Origin: an uncultured Candidatus Saccharibacteria bacterium
GTDB lineage: Bacteria; Patescibacteriota; Saccharimonadia; Saccharimonadales; JALRHH01
Assembly (NCBI GenBank): GCA_964639295.1
Contig: CAZXDT010000003.1
Location: 65,304-129,303, forward strand
Direction: 5' to 3'
Length of the DNA stretch: 64,000 bases
In this document: positions 1 through 9,118 of the stretch, piece after piece
Numbering within the stretch: position 1 is the first letter of the stretch
How the letters are laid out: each line of letters starts with the position of its first letter
Translations under genes and position numbers: made by a program
The notes under the pieces: generated by a model
Databases searched by the model: none
Told to the model about the DNA's origin: nothing
What the model saw: only the letters and a program-made list of their open reading frames with translations

Positions 1-2222
1 CAAACGGCCAAGTTACTACCTGTTCAATTACTAACAGTGATATTGCGCCAATCTTGACAGTGCTTAAGCAGGTACTGAACCCATACGGCACAGCACTCAG
101 CCCTTCTGCATTCCCATTGTTTGTGGATGGCACATCAGTGACTAGTGGTGTGGCAAGAAGCCAGTTTAATGCAGGCACACACACTATTACCGAGATACAG
201 CAATTTGGCTACACATTCACTGGCGTAAGTGGTGACTGTACACTTGATCAAAGTGGCATCACTGTTCTACTCGTAATTGGCGAAAGCAAAACCTGTACAT
301 TAACCAACACAGCTATTCAGCCTAAACTTACTGTTATCAAGCATGTTATCAATGACAATAGCGGCACCAGCTCAGCTGATGACTTCACTATGACTGTCAC
401 TGGCAACTCACAGTTTGTACCTAACTTCCCTGGCGACGAGAACGGCACCGAGGTTGGGCTAAACGAAGGTAACTACAGCGCTAACGAACTTGCGGATGCA
501 GGATACACTAAGTCATTCAGTGGTGACTGTAGCGGTACTATCGCAGTCGGCGAAACCAAGACATGTACTATCACAAATGACGATGTTGCTCACCCAGCAA
601 TCAACATCGTCAAGAATGGACCTGCGACTGCTCACGAAGGTGACCAAGTTGTATACACATTTGATGTTACCAATACTGGTGATACTGCAACACTTGCAAA
701 CGTAACCGTCAATGACACCATTGGCAACCAGGTTACCAACGCAGTTTACGCAAGCGGTGACACAAACAACGACGGTCTATTACAAAAGACCGAGACTTGG
801 CACTTCACCCTTAACTACGTAATCCCAGAAGACACCAACTCAGTCGTAAACACTGGCCAGGCTTGTGGATTTGACCCAGCTCAGACCAAGGTTTGCGATA
901 CTGACACTCACACACTAGACGTGCTTCACCCAGAGCTCCAAGTCATTAAGACTGCAAGTACTGAGGAAGCAAACCCAGGCGACACCGTAACCTACACATT
1001 CACTGTTACAAACTTGGGTGACACTCCTTTGGATATAACTAAGGTTCATGACTCTATTGCACTTGATGGTGCAGTGCTTCAACCTGGCGGCGATACTAAT
1101 GGCAATGAACTGCTAGACACTTCTGAAACCTGGGTATACACGATTGACTACACAATCCCCGCAAACCAGGATAGTAATGTCGTCAATGTCGTAACTGTCT
1201 GTGGCGAAGATGCACTTGAAGGTGAAGACTGCGACACAGACACGCACACACTTGTAGTACTCGCTAAAGTAATCGTTACTAAGTACAACGACGTAAATCG
1301 TAACGGTGTATTTGACAACGGTGACGAATTGCTACCAGACTGGGAGTTCACTCTCGGCTGTAACAACCCAGAATTTGTAGAACGGCTTGTACAAATCCTC
1401 GACAACTCTTGCCAAGACAAGACACAGTCAACTGGCCAAGACGGCACAACAACATTTACAAGCGTAAAGCCAAACAACAACTACACGTTGAACGAAACAA
1501 TCCCGGCAGACAGTAACTGGCACCTTGGCAGCATCGTCTGTAGCGGTGACCAAGCTGGACTTGATGGTGATACATACTACATCAACGACGTAACTCCTGG
1601 CGGAACAATTAACTGTTCTGTAGGCAACTACCGTGATGCAGTCCTAGAACTCACTAAGGCAAACGACCAGCCAAACCCAGTAAATACTGGTACAACAGTG
1701 ACCTACACATTGACCGTAACAGTTCCTGAAGACAGTGGTGCAGTATTTGGTGCAGAAGTCACCGACCTTACACCAGAAGGCTTCACCTACATACCAGGAA
1801 GCTGGACTGCAGAATCTAACATGGGGCCAATCGAAGTAGCAGAACCTCAGTATGGTTCACCAGGTATATGGAAGCTTGGCTACCTTGTACCAGGTTCAAT
1901 TGTCACACTTACTTACAAGGCACTCATCGGTACAACCGTCAGTAACGGTACCTACCCTGACCTCGCCTTTGCAAGAGGTTGTGATGTTGATTGTTCGAAT
2001 GTTGATGCAACCGCAGTCTTTGCCAACGTATCAACGGGAGCAAGCACTCCATTCGTTGGAACAAACGTAAGTATCGTCCGACCTGAAGTCCTCGCTGCAA
2101 ACATTACCCGTTACGTAAATACTGGTGCATCTGATGTATGGATAAATACTCTCGCAGCTATAACACTCGCTGGAGCGGCCTTCATTACACTGGTTCGCCG
2201 TGAGAAGAAAGGAGTAAAGTAA
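1..2222 (+). CDS. Large cell-surface repeat protein, 5' end cut by the window edge, with a C-terminal sortase-type sorting signal
   Basis: The frame stays open to nt 1. Upstream residues GQVTTCSITNSDIAPILTV repeat the G-x-(S/T)KTC-x-(I/L)TN module seen again downstream. It has DUF11-like repeats (GD.V.YTF.VTN.GDT) and an SdrD/Cna-B-like segment (VTKYNDVNRNGVFDNGDE). The C-terminus is YVNTGAS plus a hydrophobic helix plus RREKKGVK. Confidence 0.85.
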   Translation, partial: NGQVTTCSITNSDIAPILTVLKQVLNPYGTALSPSAFPLFVDGTSVTSGVARSQFNAGTHTITEIQQFGYTFTGVSGDCTLDQSGITVLLVIGESKTCTLTNTAIQPKLTVIKHVINDNSGTSSADDFTMTVTGNSQFVPNFPGDENGTEVGLNEGNYSANELADAGYTKSFSGDCSGTIAVGETKTCTITNDDVAHPAINIVKNGPATAHEGDQVVYTFDVTNTGDTATLANVTVNDTIGNQVTNAVYASGDTNNDGLLQKTETWHFTLNYVIPEDTNSVVNTGQACGFDPAQTKVCDTDTHTLDVLHPELQVIKTASTEEANPGDTVTYTFTVTNLGDTPLDITKVHDSIALDGAVLQPGGDTNGNELLDTSETWVYTIDYTIPANQDSNVVNVVTVCGEDALEGEDCDTDTHTLVVLAKVIVTKYNDVNRNGVFDNGDELLPDWEFTLGCNNPEFVERLVQILDNSCQDKTQSTGQDGTTTFTSVKPNNNYTLNETIPADSNWHLGSIVCSGDQAGLDGDTYYINDVTPGGTINCSVGNYRDAVLELTKANDQPNPVNTGTTVTYTLTVTVPEDSGAVFGAEVTDLTPEGFTYIPGSWTAESNMGPIEVAEPQYGSPGIWKLGYLVPGSIVTLTYKALIGTTVSNGTYPDLAFARGCDVDCSNVDATAVFANVSTGASTPFVGTNVSIVRPEVLAANITRYVNTGASDVWINTLAAITLAGAAFITLVRREKKGVK

Positions 2223-2938
2223 TGAAAAAATTACTCATCGCACTCGCCCTAACAATTACTCTTAGCCTTGGATTCTCAGCAAAAGCGCTAGCCTTTGATA
2301 ACTGTCTTCACCCGGAAGTTAGGTGTTGGGAAACTCAGATCATGACACCTGCTGCCTCAAGTTCGGATCACACATTAAATGTTGCATATAGTGTACTCTC
2401 AACTGTTAGTAGTGATATCTATGATGTCAGCCTCTACCAAAACGAAGTACTAGTTGATAGTCAGCATGTTGACCACGGCAAGGGTGGAAACTCTGGAGTA
2501 TTCAACATTGCGCTTCCCGCAAATGGTACATACAAGTACCAGATCTCTGCAAACAACACGTCAGCTGGCGAAGTAAAGAACACTGACACCAAGACCGTCA
2601 AGATTGTAGATGGTCCAACACCAACTGTTACAACTGTGAATGTAAACACAGCTGCAGCTAACGGTGGTGGTACGGCTGCTGGCACTGGCGCAAATGCTGG
2701 TACAGGAGCAGGAAACGCTGCTGGCGCAGTTAACGGCGCAGCTACAACCAACGGCCAAGTTACTCCAAATGCTGCTAACACTACCAACAACCAGAATTCT
2801 GGTAGCGCACTAGGTGCAAGTACAACCAAAGCCAAGGCTTCAAGCAACGGCAAGTGGTACGCCCTCGGCGCAGCAATCCTTGTGGTCGCTGGAGGCGCAT
2901 ACTACTGGTTCATGATGCGACCTAAACTAAACGACTAG
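2222..2938 (+). CDS. Secreted low-complexity (Ala/Gly/Asn/Thr-rich) protein with a C-terminal membrane anchor
   Basis: It has an N-terminal signal peptide (MKKLLIALALTITLSLGFSAKALA) and a C-terminal TM helix (WYALGAAILVVAGGAYYWFMM). The start overlaps the upstream stop (TAATG). Confidence 0.7.
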   Translation: MKKLLIALALTITLSLGFSAKALAFDNCLHPEVRCWETQIMTPAASSSDHTLNVAYSVLSTVSSDIYDVSLYQNEVLVDSQHVDHGKGGNSGVFNIALPANGTYKYQISANNTSAGEVKNTDTKTVKIVDGPTPTVTTVNVNTAAANGGGTAAGTGANAGTGAGNAAGAVNGAATTNGQVTPNAANTTNNQNSGSALGASTTKAKASSNGKWYALGAAILVVAGGAYYWFMMRPKLND

Positions 2939-2954
2939 AAATAAATACAAAATA

Positions 2955-2987
2955 AAAAGTCCCTCTTACGCGAGGGGCTTTTTATTT
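2955..2987. terminator. Bidirectional rho-independent terminator
   Basis: The ccctc/gaggg stem (2961-2965 and 2972-2976) is flanked by an A-run and a T-run. It lies between the convergent + strand CDS and the minus-strand tRNA operon. Confidence 0.6.
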
Positions 2988-3064
2988 GGGGCGAACTATG
3001 GGAATTGAACCCACGACCTCCGGAACCACAACCCGGCGCTCTAACCAACTGAGCTAAGCTCGCC
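2987..3064 (-). tRNA. tRNA-His (anticodon GTG) with encoded G-1 and CCA
   Basis: Hand-folded cloverleaf: acceptor GCGAGCT/AGTTCGC, extra 5' G opposite C73, anticodon loop TTGTGGT, T-loop GGTTCAATTCC. Confidence 0.85.
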
Positions 3065-3111
3065 ATAATATTTAACTGTCTGATACTAACAGATTACCCC
3101 TGTTATATCAA

Positions 3112-3188
3112 TGGTGCCCCGGGCTGGACTCGAACCAGCGACCTTGAGCTTAGAAGTCTCCTGCTCTATCCAGCTGAGCTACCAGGGC
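3112..3188 (-). tRNA. tRNA-Arg (anticodon TCT)
   Basis: Acceptor GCCCTGG/CCGGGGC, D-arm GCTCAGCTGGATAGAGC, anticodon loop CTTCTAA, T-arm GGTTCGAGTCC, encoded CCA. The anticodon stem has mismatched terminal pairs. Confidence 0.8.
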
Positions 3189-3225
3189 ATACACCACTAC
3201 ATTGTAAAGTAAGAATGAACTAATC

Positions 3226-3300
3226 TGGTGCGGGTGCGCAGAATCGAACTGCGATCTCAAGTTTGGAAAACTCACATACTAACCGTTGTACTACACCCGC
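3226..3300 (-). tRNA. tRNA-Gly (anticodon TCC)
   Basis: Acceptor GCGGGTG/CACCCGC, anticodon loop TTTCCAA, T-arm AGTTCGATTCT, encoded CCA. Confidence 0.85.
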
Positions 3301-3312
3301 ATGAACCTCGAT

Positions 3313-3321
3313 ATTATACCA
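3313..3321 (-). promoter_or_regulatory. Extended -10 (TGGTATAAT) for the Gly-Arg-His tRNA operon
   Basis: The minus strand reads TGGTATAAT about 12 nt upstream of the tRNA-Gly 5' end. Confidence 0.45.
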
Positions 3322-3330
3322 GATTACATC

Positions 3331-3339
3331 TGTTATAAT
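3331..3339 (+). promoter_or_regulatory. Extended -10 (TGTTATAAT) for the P-type ATPase gene
   Basis: TGTTATAAT lies 34 nt upstream of the ATG at 3374 and is divergent from the tRNA promoter. Confidence 0.4.
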
Positions 3340-3373
3340 AACCGTAAAGAAAGCTAAAATATATGGGGGCTGC

Positions 3374-5215
3374 ATGCTAAAGCGTGTTACGCATTTTTTG
3401 AGAGAGTATCGTCAACTAAGTTTTGCACTGATTGTTGCAGTAATTGGTCTTATTTTAGACCTTGCAAACTACAATGGTGCGGCGCATTGGGTGCTTGGCA
3501 CGGGTGCACTTGCTCTAACTATCCCCCTTGTTAGGGATATGGTTAAAACGCTCCAGGCTGGCCATTTTGGTATCGATGTATTGGCCGCAACTGCAATAAT
3601 CACCTCAGTTGTCTTGCATCAATACTGGGCAGCCATCGTCATTGTTCTGATGCTCACTGGTGGTGAATCATTAGAAGAGTACGCCGAGAAGCGCGCGAAG
3701 AATGAGCTAACTTCCCTACTTGCCCGCCGTCCTAAAAAAGCGCACTTACTAAAAGGACGCAAATCAACTGATATCAAAGCTTCCGAGATAAAGACCGGCG
3801 ATAAGCTAGTGATCCTGCCAGGCGAAGTCGTACCAGCGGACGCGGTTATCCTAGAAGGCAGCACGAGTCTTGATGAAGCCAGTATTACTGGTGAGAGCGT
3901 TCCAGTAGCCAAATCCGTAGGGGACGACATTGTCAGTGGTTCCGTAAACCTTGACGGACAACTAACCGTCCGTGCCCTGCACAGAGCAGCAGACAGCCAG
4001 TACGAACAGATCATTAAGCTAGTCCGGGGCGCTACTTCAAGCCAAGCGCCCTTTGTACGTCTTGCAGACCGCTACAGTGTGCCCTTTACTGCTATAGCAT
4101 TCTTTGTCGCTGGAGCGGCTTGGTTTGCTACAGGCGACGCTATACGCTTCCTGGAAGTACTTGTTGTAGCTACACCATGCCCACTACTACTTGGTGCACC
4201 TATTGCTATCATCTCCGGCATGAGCCGGGCTGCAAAGCACGGTATCATCATTAAGACTGGTTCGGCCCTGGAGCAACTTGCAGCAGTACAGACTATTGCC
4301 TTTGATAAGACTGGTACCCTTACTGCCGGACGCCCTGTTGTCGACACAGTAACCACCTATAACCAACACTCTGAATTAGCAGTTCTGCAAGCAGCAGCAG
4401 CGCTTGAGCAAGGTTCAACTCACGTGTTAGCCACAGCGATTATCAATAAGGCAATTGCCAAAAAGATTAAGTTCCAAAGTGCTAAACAAGTCAAAGAAGT
4501 CTCCGGGCACGGCCTATCTGGACGTTTGTCAGGTAAAGATTTGTTAGTTGGACACCTTAGCTTGATCAAGCAAGCTGATATTGAACTGCCTAAGGAGCTT
4601 AAAGCAAAGAAATTCAGTCAAACAGTAACCTACGTTGCGATTGCAGGCGAACTAGCTGGAACAATTACCTTTAAGGACGAAATCCGCCCAGAGGCCACCA
4701 AAATGCTTTCTCGCCTGCGTAAGGCCGGTATCCGTAAGTTTGCGCTTATTACCGGTGATAACGAAGCTTCGGCCGTTAGCGTAGCCCAGAAGCTTAATAT
4801 AGTCGATGTCTACCCTGATTGCCTGCCAGCAGAGAAAATGCAGGCTATCGAAGAAATGGATGCTCCTGTAGCCTTTGTCGGCGATGGTGTTAACGATGCA
4901 CCTGTGCTGACTGTGGCTGATGTTGGTATCGCACTAGGTGCACGTGGCTCTACTGCAGCTAGCGAAACCGCCAATGTCGTCATAATGCAGGATGATATAT
5001 CCAAGGTTGCGAGTGGTGTAGAGATTGCTAAACGTACGTTATTCATTGCTAAGCAAAGTGTATTGGTAGGTATATTCCTCAGTCTCGGCCTAATGGCTGT
5101 ATTTGCAACCGGTAAATTCACCGCCCTCCAAGGTGCTATCGTTCAAGAATTTGTGGACGTTGCAGTCATCATCCTTGCCCTACGCGCTCATGGTGCTGTC
5201 AGTAAGAAACTATAA
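3374..5215 (+). CDS. Heavy-metal-translocating P1B-type ATPase (TPCP transmembrane motif, no N-terminal metal-binding domain)
   Basis: Contains the DKTGTLT phosphorylation motif, the GDGVNDAP hinge, the TGES actuator motif and ATPCPLL in the metal-binding TM helix. Confidence 0.9.
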   Translation: MLKRVTHFLREYRQLSFALIVAVIGLILDLANYNGAAHWVLGTGALALTIPLVRDMVKTLQAGHFGIDVLAATAIITSVVLHQYWAAIVIVLMLTGGESLEEYAEKRAKNELTSLLARRPKKAHLLKGRKSTDIKASEIKTGDKLVILPGEVVPADAVILEGSTSLDEASITGESVPVAKSVGDDIVSGSVNLDGQLTVRALHRAADSQYEQIIKLVRGATSSQAPFVRLADRYSVPFTAIAFFVAGAAWFATGDAIRFLEVLVVATPCPLLLGAPIAIISGMSRAAKHGIIIKTGSALEQLAAVQTIAFDKTGTLTAGRPVVDTVTTYNQHSELAVLQAAAALEQGSTHVLATAIINKAIAKKIKFQSAKQVKEVSGHGLSGRLSGKDLLVGHLSLIKQADIELPKELKAKKFSQTVTYVAIAGELAGTITFKDEIRPEATKMLSRLRKAGIRKFALITGDNEASAVSVAQKLNIVDVYPDCLPAEKMQAIEEMDAPVAFVGDGVNDAPVLTVADVGIALGARGSTAASETANVVIMQDDISKVASGVEIAKRTLFIAKQSVLVGIFLSLGLMAVFATGKFTALQGAIVQEFVDVAVIILALRAHGAVSKKL

Positions 5216-6070
5216 GGCACTCAATAAATAAGCCGCGGTAAGTGGAACAAGTAAGTTATCCGTTCCATATACCCCGATGTTTTCCGAAAATGTAATAACG
5301 AGCGTTACCCATAGCACCGTAACGATGCTGACTGAGATGCTCGGCTCTACTAGACGAGTGAACCCAAACACTACAAACAAAGCCACAATATAAAATGCCG
5401 TAGAACCTACAAGTGACTTCTTCTGGCCGAGTATGGTGTAGCTTGTCTTCTTCCCGTATTTTTTACCAACGAGTGCAGCCGCTGCATCCGCAAGTCCTAG
5501 TGTTAAGATTGACCCTGCAAAGATCCACTTATCATTCGTGAGTAGTATCACTAAGATTGCACTAATAGGGTAAAGGTATTCTCCGTATGAAATTCTGTCC
5601 ACTTTATAAACACGACTCATGTAACCTATCCAAGGCACCGCACTAAAGTTATCTGATAGATAGCGAGCTATGAATATCGACACCAGGAAGAATCCTTCAA
5701 CAACAATTAGAAGCCCAAGTGGTGCGATAAAAGCTAAAGCCGCAAGAGTCACCCCATGAAATATATGAATAATCTTCCTAAAGATTTCATTATTTTTACG
5801 GTATTTGTCGTTGAGCCACTGAAACACCAGCAGCGCTGGCAGAAGCGCTGCAACCAATATCAGTATCCGTGTGATCATGTAGGTATTAAACGATAGTCCT
5901 TGGTTAACTGCAATGGTGAAAGGACCGCCTTCGGCGCGTTTGTTGCGTACGTCACTACGTTCCTCCCTGCGATGCTCGGTAAGAATATGTAAACACATTC
6001 TTACCTTCTCTTCTAGTACGCCGATGCAAGCATCTGCGTGCGCAACTTCACGAACAAACCGTTCGACCAT
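5210..6070 (-). CDS. Polyprenol (dolichol/phytol) kinase / CTP-transferase-1 family membrane protein; start uncertain (ATG 5878 gives 222 aa)
   Basis: Multi-TM protein with GLADAAAALVGKKYGKK...KKSLVGSTAF, which is typical of the dolichol/phytol kinase-CdsA superfamily. The first 64 codons of the longest ORF are non-membrane and have no SD. Confidence 0.7.
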   Translation of the reverse strand: MVERFVREVAHADACIGVLEEKVRMCLHILTEHRREERSDVRNKRAEGGPFTIAVNQGLSFNTYMITRILILVAALLPALLVFQWLNDKYRKNNEIFRKIIHIFHGVTLAALAFIAPLGLLIVVEGFFLVSIFIARYLSDNFSAVPWIGYMSRVYKVDRISYGEYLYPISAILVILLTNDKWIFAGSILTLGLADAAAALVGKKYGKKTSYTILGQKKSLVGSTAFYIVALFVVFGFTRLVEPSISVSIVTVLWVTLVITFSENIGVYGTDNLLVPLTAAYLLSAL

Positions 6071-6096
6071 GCATATTTTGCTCTAGCAAAATCTGC

Positions 6097-6128
6097 GGTC
6101 GAAGGTTTGAGGACTTGAGCACTGACCA
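6097..6128 (+). other. Degenerate copy of the 3' half of tRNA-Pro, inverted relative to the intact gene
   Basis: GGTCGAAGGTTTGAG (15/15) then 10/17 identities ending in GACCA, compared with the T-arm/acceptor of the tRNA-Pro at 6163-6238. No foldable cloverleaf upstream. Confidence 0.5.
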
Positions 6129-6130
6129 AA

Positions 6131-6163
6131 TAAAAAATCCATCTTGCGATGGATCTTTTATTT
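6131..6163. terminator. Bidirectional rho-independent terminator
   Basis: The atccatc-ttgc-gatggat hairpin is flanked by A6 and a T-rich run, immediately 3' of tRNA-Pro. Confidence 0.6.
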
Positions 6164-6238
6164 GGTCGGGGTGAAAGGACTCAAACCTTCGACCTCTCGG
6201 TCCCAAACCGAGCGCGCTATCAACTGCGCCACACCCCG
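6163..6238 (-). tRNA. tRNA-Pro (anticodon TGG)
   Basis: Acceptor CGGGGTG/CACCCCG, anticodon stem-loop CTCGG-TTTGGGA-CCGAG, encoded CCA. Confidence 0.85.
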
Positions 6239-6295
6239 AAATTATTCAGACCTCGGTAATTCTAACAGATTAGACCGCGGATTTCCAGAGGTTTA

Positions 6296-6862
6296 TTACG
6301 AGCCCAAGCCAAATGCTTCAAAGGCCATGAGTGCCGCCAGCTTAGCATCATCAAATGGGTGATGCTGTGAAAAGCTGGCTTCTTTGCGGACTTTTTTACG
6401 GGCTTGGTTTTTGAGTACACCCGATTTTTGCCCTTTGGCAACCAAAATAGATGTCAGGTCCAAGATCGGGAACGGGTGCTGCCAGTAACGTTCGTCCAAA
6501 TTTGCTTCTTGGCAATCAATCAAAAATCGATATTCTACTGGGTATCCGTTGCTCACCAGTACATAGTCAGATGCTTCTTCAGCTGGAACGTACCAGCGCC
6601 AAAATGCTTCCCGCAAATCCTCATAACTTCCATGTGTCTGAGCCATGTTTTTGATTGCAGGGAGCACATTTGCCTTCACCCAATCATCAGCCTCTCCGTC
6701 AATCGGGCAACGGGCCGTAAAACTATCATGTACTACTCCATGGCCGTCAATCACCAAGGCACCAACAGCAAACGGCTTGCCATGTAGATTATCAGCTTCT
6801 AAATCAAAACTTAAAATCTTAGTATCACGACTAATTTCCGGGGTTTTGGATACTTTATTCAC
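6296..6862 (-). CDS. DEDDh-type (DnaQ-like) 3'-5' exonuclease
   Basis: Has the Exo I motif FDLEADN and a C-terminal HHPFDDA (H-x4-D) motif. Confidence 0.65.
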   Translation of the reverse strand: MNKVSKTPEISRDTKILSFDLEADNLHGKPFAVGALVIDGHGVVHDSFTARCPIDGEADDWVKANVLPAIKNMAQTHGSYEDLREAFWRWYVPAEEASDYVLVSNGYPVEYRFLIDCQEANLDERYWQHPFPILDLTSILVAKGQKSGVLKNQARKKVRKEASFSQHHPFDDAKLAALMAFEAFGLGS

Positions 6863-7413
6863 TAGAGTACCTTTTCTTTTATTATCTCTAGTAAGTCTGG
6901 AAACTTCTTAAATTTAGGATCAAATCCTTCATTAAAATGTCCTTGGCCTGGTATCAAAATAAAGTCAGCCTGAAGTTGTTCCGCTATCCATTCTGCCCCA
7001 TCTAGTGGACAATACGGATCATTATCAGAGTGAATAACGAAGATTCTTTTTGCCTTTGAACGTATCTTTTTATAATCATGGCTTACTTCAAGATTACTCA
7101 AGGACTCCCAGCCAAGGCTTCCTTTGAAAACCCCTACTAAAATAATCGTATCTACATTGGTGTTTTCAGGCAATGACTCAAGGAGTGCTAGAATCGCAAC
7201 TGCACCCGATGAATGTCCAATAAGTAGGTTATCTTGAAAGTTATGCTCTTGTCCCAGGAGAAAGTTAGTGTAACTGTTTAATTCGGGCTTATCAGCACCA
7301 GGAAGATCTGGCACCCAAACATCAATACCAAGTCGCATAAGCTCAGACTGAAGCCACGGAAACCAGTTTGCTAAATGATTAGCGCTTGTACCATGTAAGA
7401 TAACTGCCTTCAT
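6862..7413 (-). CDS. Alpha/beta serine hydrolase of the YdeN/RBBP9 type
   Basis: Has the GHSSG nucleophile elbow, the DNDPYCP acid motif and a C-terminal GHF histidine motif. About 180 aa. Confidence 0.7.
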   Translation of the reverse strand: MKAVILHGTSANHLANWFPWLQSELMRLGIDVWVPDLPGADKPELNSYTNFLLGQEHNFQDNLLIGHSSGAVAILALLESLPENTNVDTIILVGVFKGSLGWESLSNLEVSHDYKKIRSKAKRIFVIHSDNDPYCPLDGAEWIAEQLQADFILIPGQGHFNEGFDPKFKKFPDLLEIIKEKVL

Positions 7414-7430
7414 ACACTAATTGTAACTGA

Positions 7431-8945
7431 CTACTTAGCGAATTCTATGGCGCGGGTTTCGCGGATGACGTTGACCTTGATAGTGCCTGGGTACTGCATG
7501 GTGCTTTCGATCTTAGTCGCAATGTCGCGAGCTAGTTTGATCGCAGTTAGGTCATCAACTGCACCTGGCTTAACAAATACACGAATTTCACGTCCGGCGC
7601 TAATAGCATATGATTTCTCGATACCGCTGAAGCCGTTAGCGACGTTTTCAAGGTCCTTCATACGCTCTGCAAAGTTCTCTGCAGAAACATTACGTGCACC
7701 AGGGCGAGCTGCACTAATGGCATCAACTACGCGGATGATAATCGCTTCCGTGCTGGTAGCCTCTACATCGTCGTGGTGTTGCTCTGCAGCCAAAGCCACT
7801 TCTTCTGGAGCGCCGTACTTACGGAGCATTTCACCGCTAATATGGTGATGCTTGCCTTCTACCTTGTGAGTTAGCGCCTTGCCTAGGTCGTGAACCAAAG
7901 CAGCGTATTTGGCAGTCTTAACATTGGCACCAACTTCTTCGGCAATGATACCAGCGATGTGAGCCATTTCAGTACTGTGCTTGAGCACATTCTGGCCGTA
8001 ACTTGTACGGAACTTAAGCTCACCAAGCAGGTTCAAGATTTCCTTAGGAACACCGATGATGCCAACTTCACGGGCAGCATCTTCACCGGCACGAGTGACT
8101 TCCTTGAGCACGTTCTTCTGGGCCTTTTCAACTACTTCTTCAATACGACCAGGGTGCACACGACCATCCTTGAGTAGCAACTCAAGTGCCTGTCGTGCAA
8201 CTTCGCGGCGTACCGGGTCAAACGAACTTAAGATAATCATGCCTGGAGTGTCATCAACCATAATGTCCACGCCAGTTGCACGCTGCAAGGCTTGAATATT
8301 ACGGCCTTCTTTACCAATGATACGACCCTTCATTTCTTCGTCCTGGAGCTTCACGGCAGTCACTGTTCGTTCTGCAGTTACTTCGCTAGCCATACGTTCC
8401 ATTGCTTCAACAATTATGGCGCCGGCTTTTTCTTCTGCGAGTTCTTTTGCTTCGGCCTGAAGCTTGGTGATCAAACCTGTCAGATCGTTACGGATATCAC
8501 GTTCGGTCATTTGCATAAGCTTATCGGCGGCATCTGTCTTGCTCAATTTGGCAATCTTTTCTAGCTTATCCTGTTGCTTGATACGGATATCACGGATTTC
8601 GTTTTTAAGGCCTTCTACTTCGTCTTCTGAGTTACGTAGGTTTGTTGCACGCTTATCAATCTCGTCGAGTTTCTTATCAAGGTTAACTTCACGGTCAAGT
8701 AACCGCTGCTCAACATCCTTGAGTTCTTTACGGCGTGTTGTTTCTAGCTTACGAGCCTCTTCATTAGCCCTGTTTACTTCTTCACGAGCCTCTTCGATGA
8801 GCTTGCTTGCCTCTTTCTTGGCCTTGCTAAGTTCTTTGTTGGCCTGGTTTTGTGCGTTGCCGAGCTGGCGCTTTGCCACGACGGTACTACCACCAAAACC
8901 AACACCAATACCAGCCAATGCCAGTACTATGGTAATTGGGTCCAT
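7431..8945 (-). CDS. rny: Ribonuclease Y
   Basis: N-terminal TM helix, long coiled-coil, KH domain (GRIIGKEGRNI) and HD domain (HDLGKA...). Confidence 0.95.
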   Translation of the reverse strand: MDPITIVLALAGIGVGFGGSTVVAKRQLGNAQNQANKELSKAKKEASKLIEEAREEVNRANEEARKLETTRRKELKDVEQRLLDREVNLDKKLDEIDKRATNLRNSEDEVEGLKNEIRDIRIKQQDKLEKIAKLSKTDAADKLMQMTERDIRNDLTGLITKLQAEAKELAEEKAGAIIVEAMERMASEVTAERTVTAVKLQDEEMKGRIIGKEGRNIQALQRATGVDIMVDDTPGMIILSSFDPVRREVARQALELLLKDGRVHPGRIEEVVEKAQKNVLKEVTRAGEDAAREVGIIGVPKEILNLLGELKFRTSYGQNVLKHSTEMAHIAGIIAEEVGANVKTAKYAALVHDLGKALTHKVEGKHHHISGEMLRKYGAPEEVALAAEQHHDDVEATSTEAIIIRVVDAISAARPGARNVSAENFAERMKDLENVANGFSGIEKSYAISAGREIRVFVKPGAVDDLTAIKLARDIATKIESTMQYPGTIKVNVIRETRAIEFAK

Positions 8946-9118
8946 ATTACACCTCTCTATCGGTACTAGAGCTCCGCTACAAGAACAATCACTATCACTT
9001 CATTAGTTCAAACGGACTCTAGAAAATCAAAGTTATTAGAAATTGGACAGACATAAGTAAATCCTGTTGTTTACTATACGGCTGGAAATAACGAAATGCA
9101 ATGAATTACTACGCATTC

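Noticed and set aside
2640-2830. GCT/GCA/GGT/AAC-rich stretch that looks like a tandem DNA repeat.
   Set aside because: There is no exact repeating unit. It is coding low-complexity (Ala/Gly/Asn/Thr) sequence within the 2222-2938 CDS.
5879-6070. A 64-codon N-terminal extension of the polyprenol-kinase-family ORF, which could instead be a structured RNA. It includes a perfect 9-bp hairpin at 5978-6005 (GGTAAGAAT...ATTCTTACC).
   Set aside because: I could not decide. There is no SD at either start, and no match to SRP RNA, 6S, tmRNA or riboswitch signatures that I can recognise by eye. I kept the longest ORF with a start-site caveat rather than calling an RNA.
6144-6362. ORFs overlapping tRNA genes (6144-6362 over tRNA-Pro; 34461-34652 over tRNA-Lys).
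   Set aside because: The tRNA cloverleaves are clear. These ORFs have no SD or motifs and are explained by chance open frames.
8464-9006. Long antisense ORFs nested inside well-supported genes, for example 8464-9006 opposite rny, 52485-53108 opposite ftsH, 43948-44346 opposite dnaK and 2461-2853 opposite the low-complexity surface protein.
   Set aside because: Each lies fully within a gene whose product has unmistakable family motifs. Their translations are low-complexity (Ser/Leu/Ala/Arg-rich), as expected from reading a coding strand backwards.
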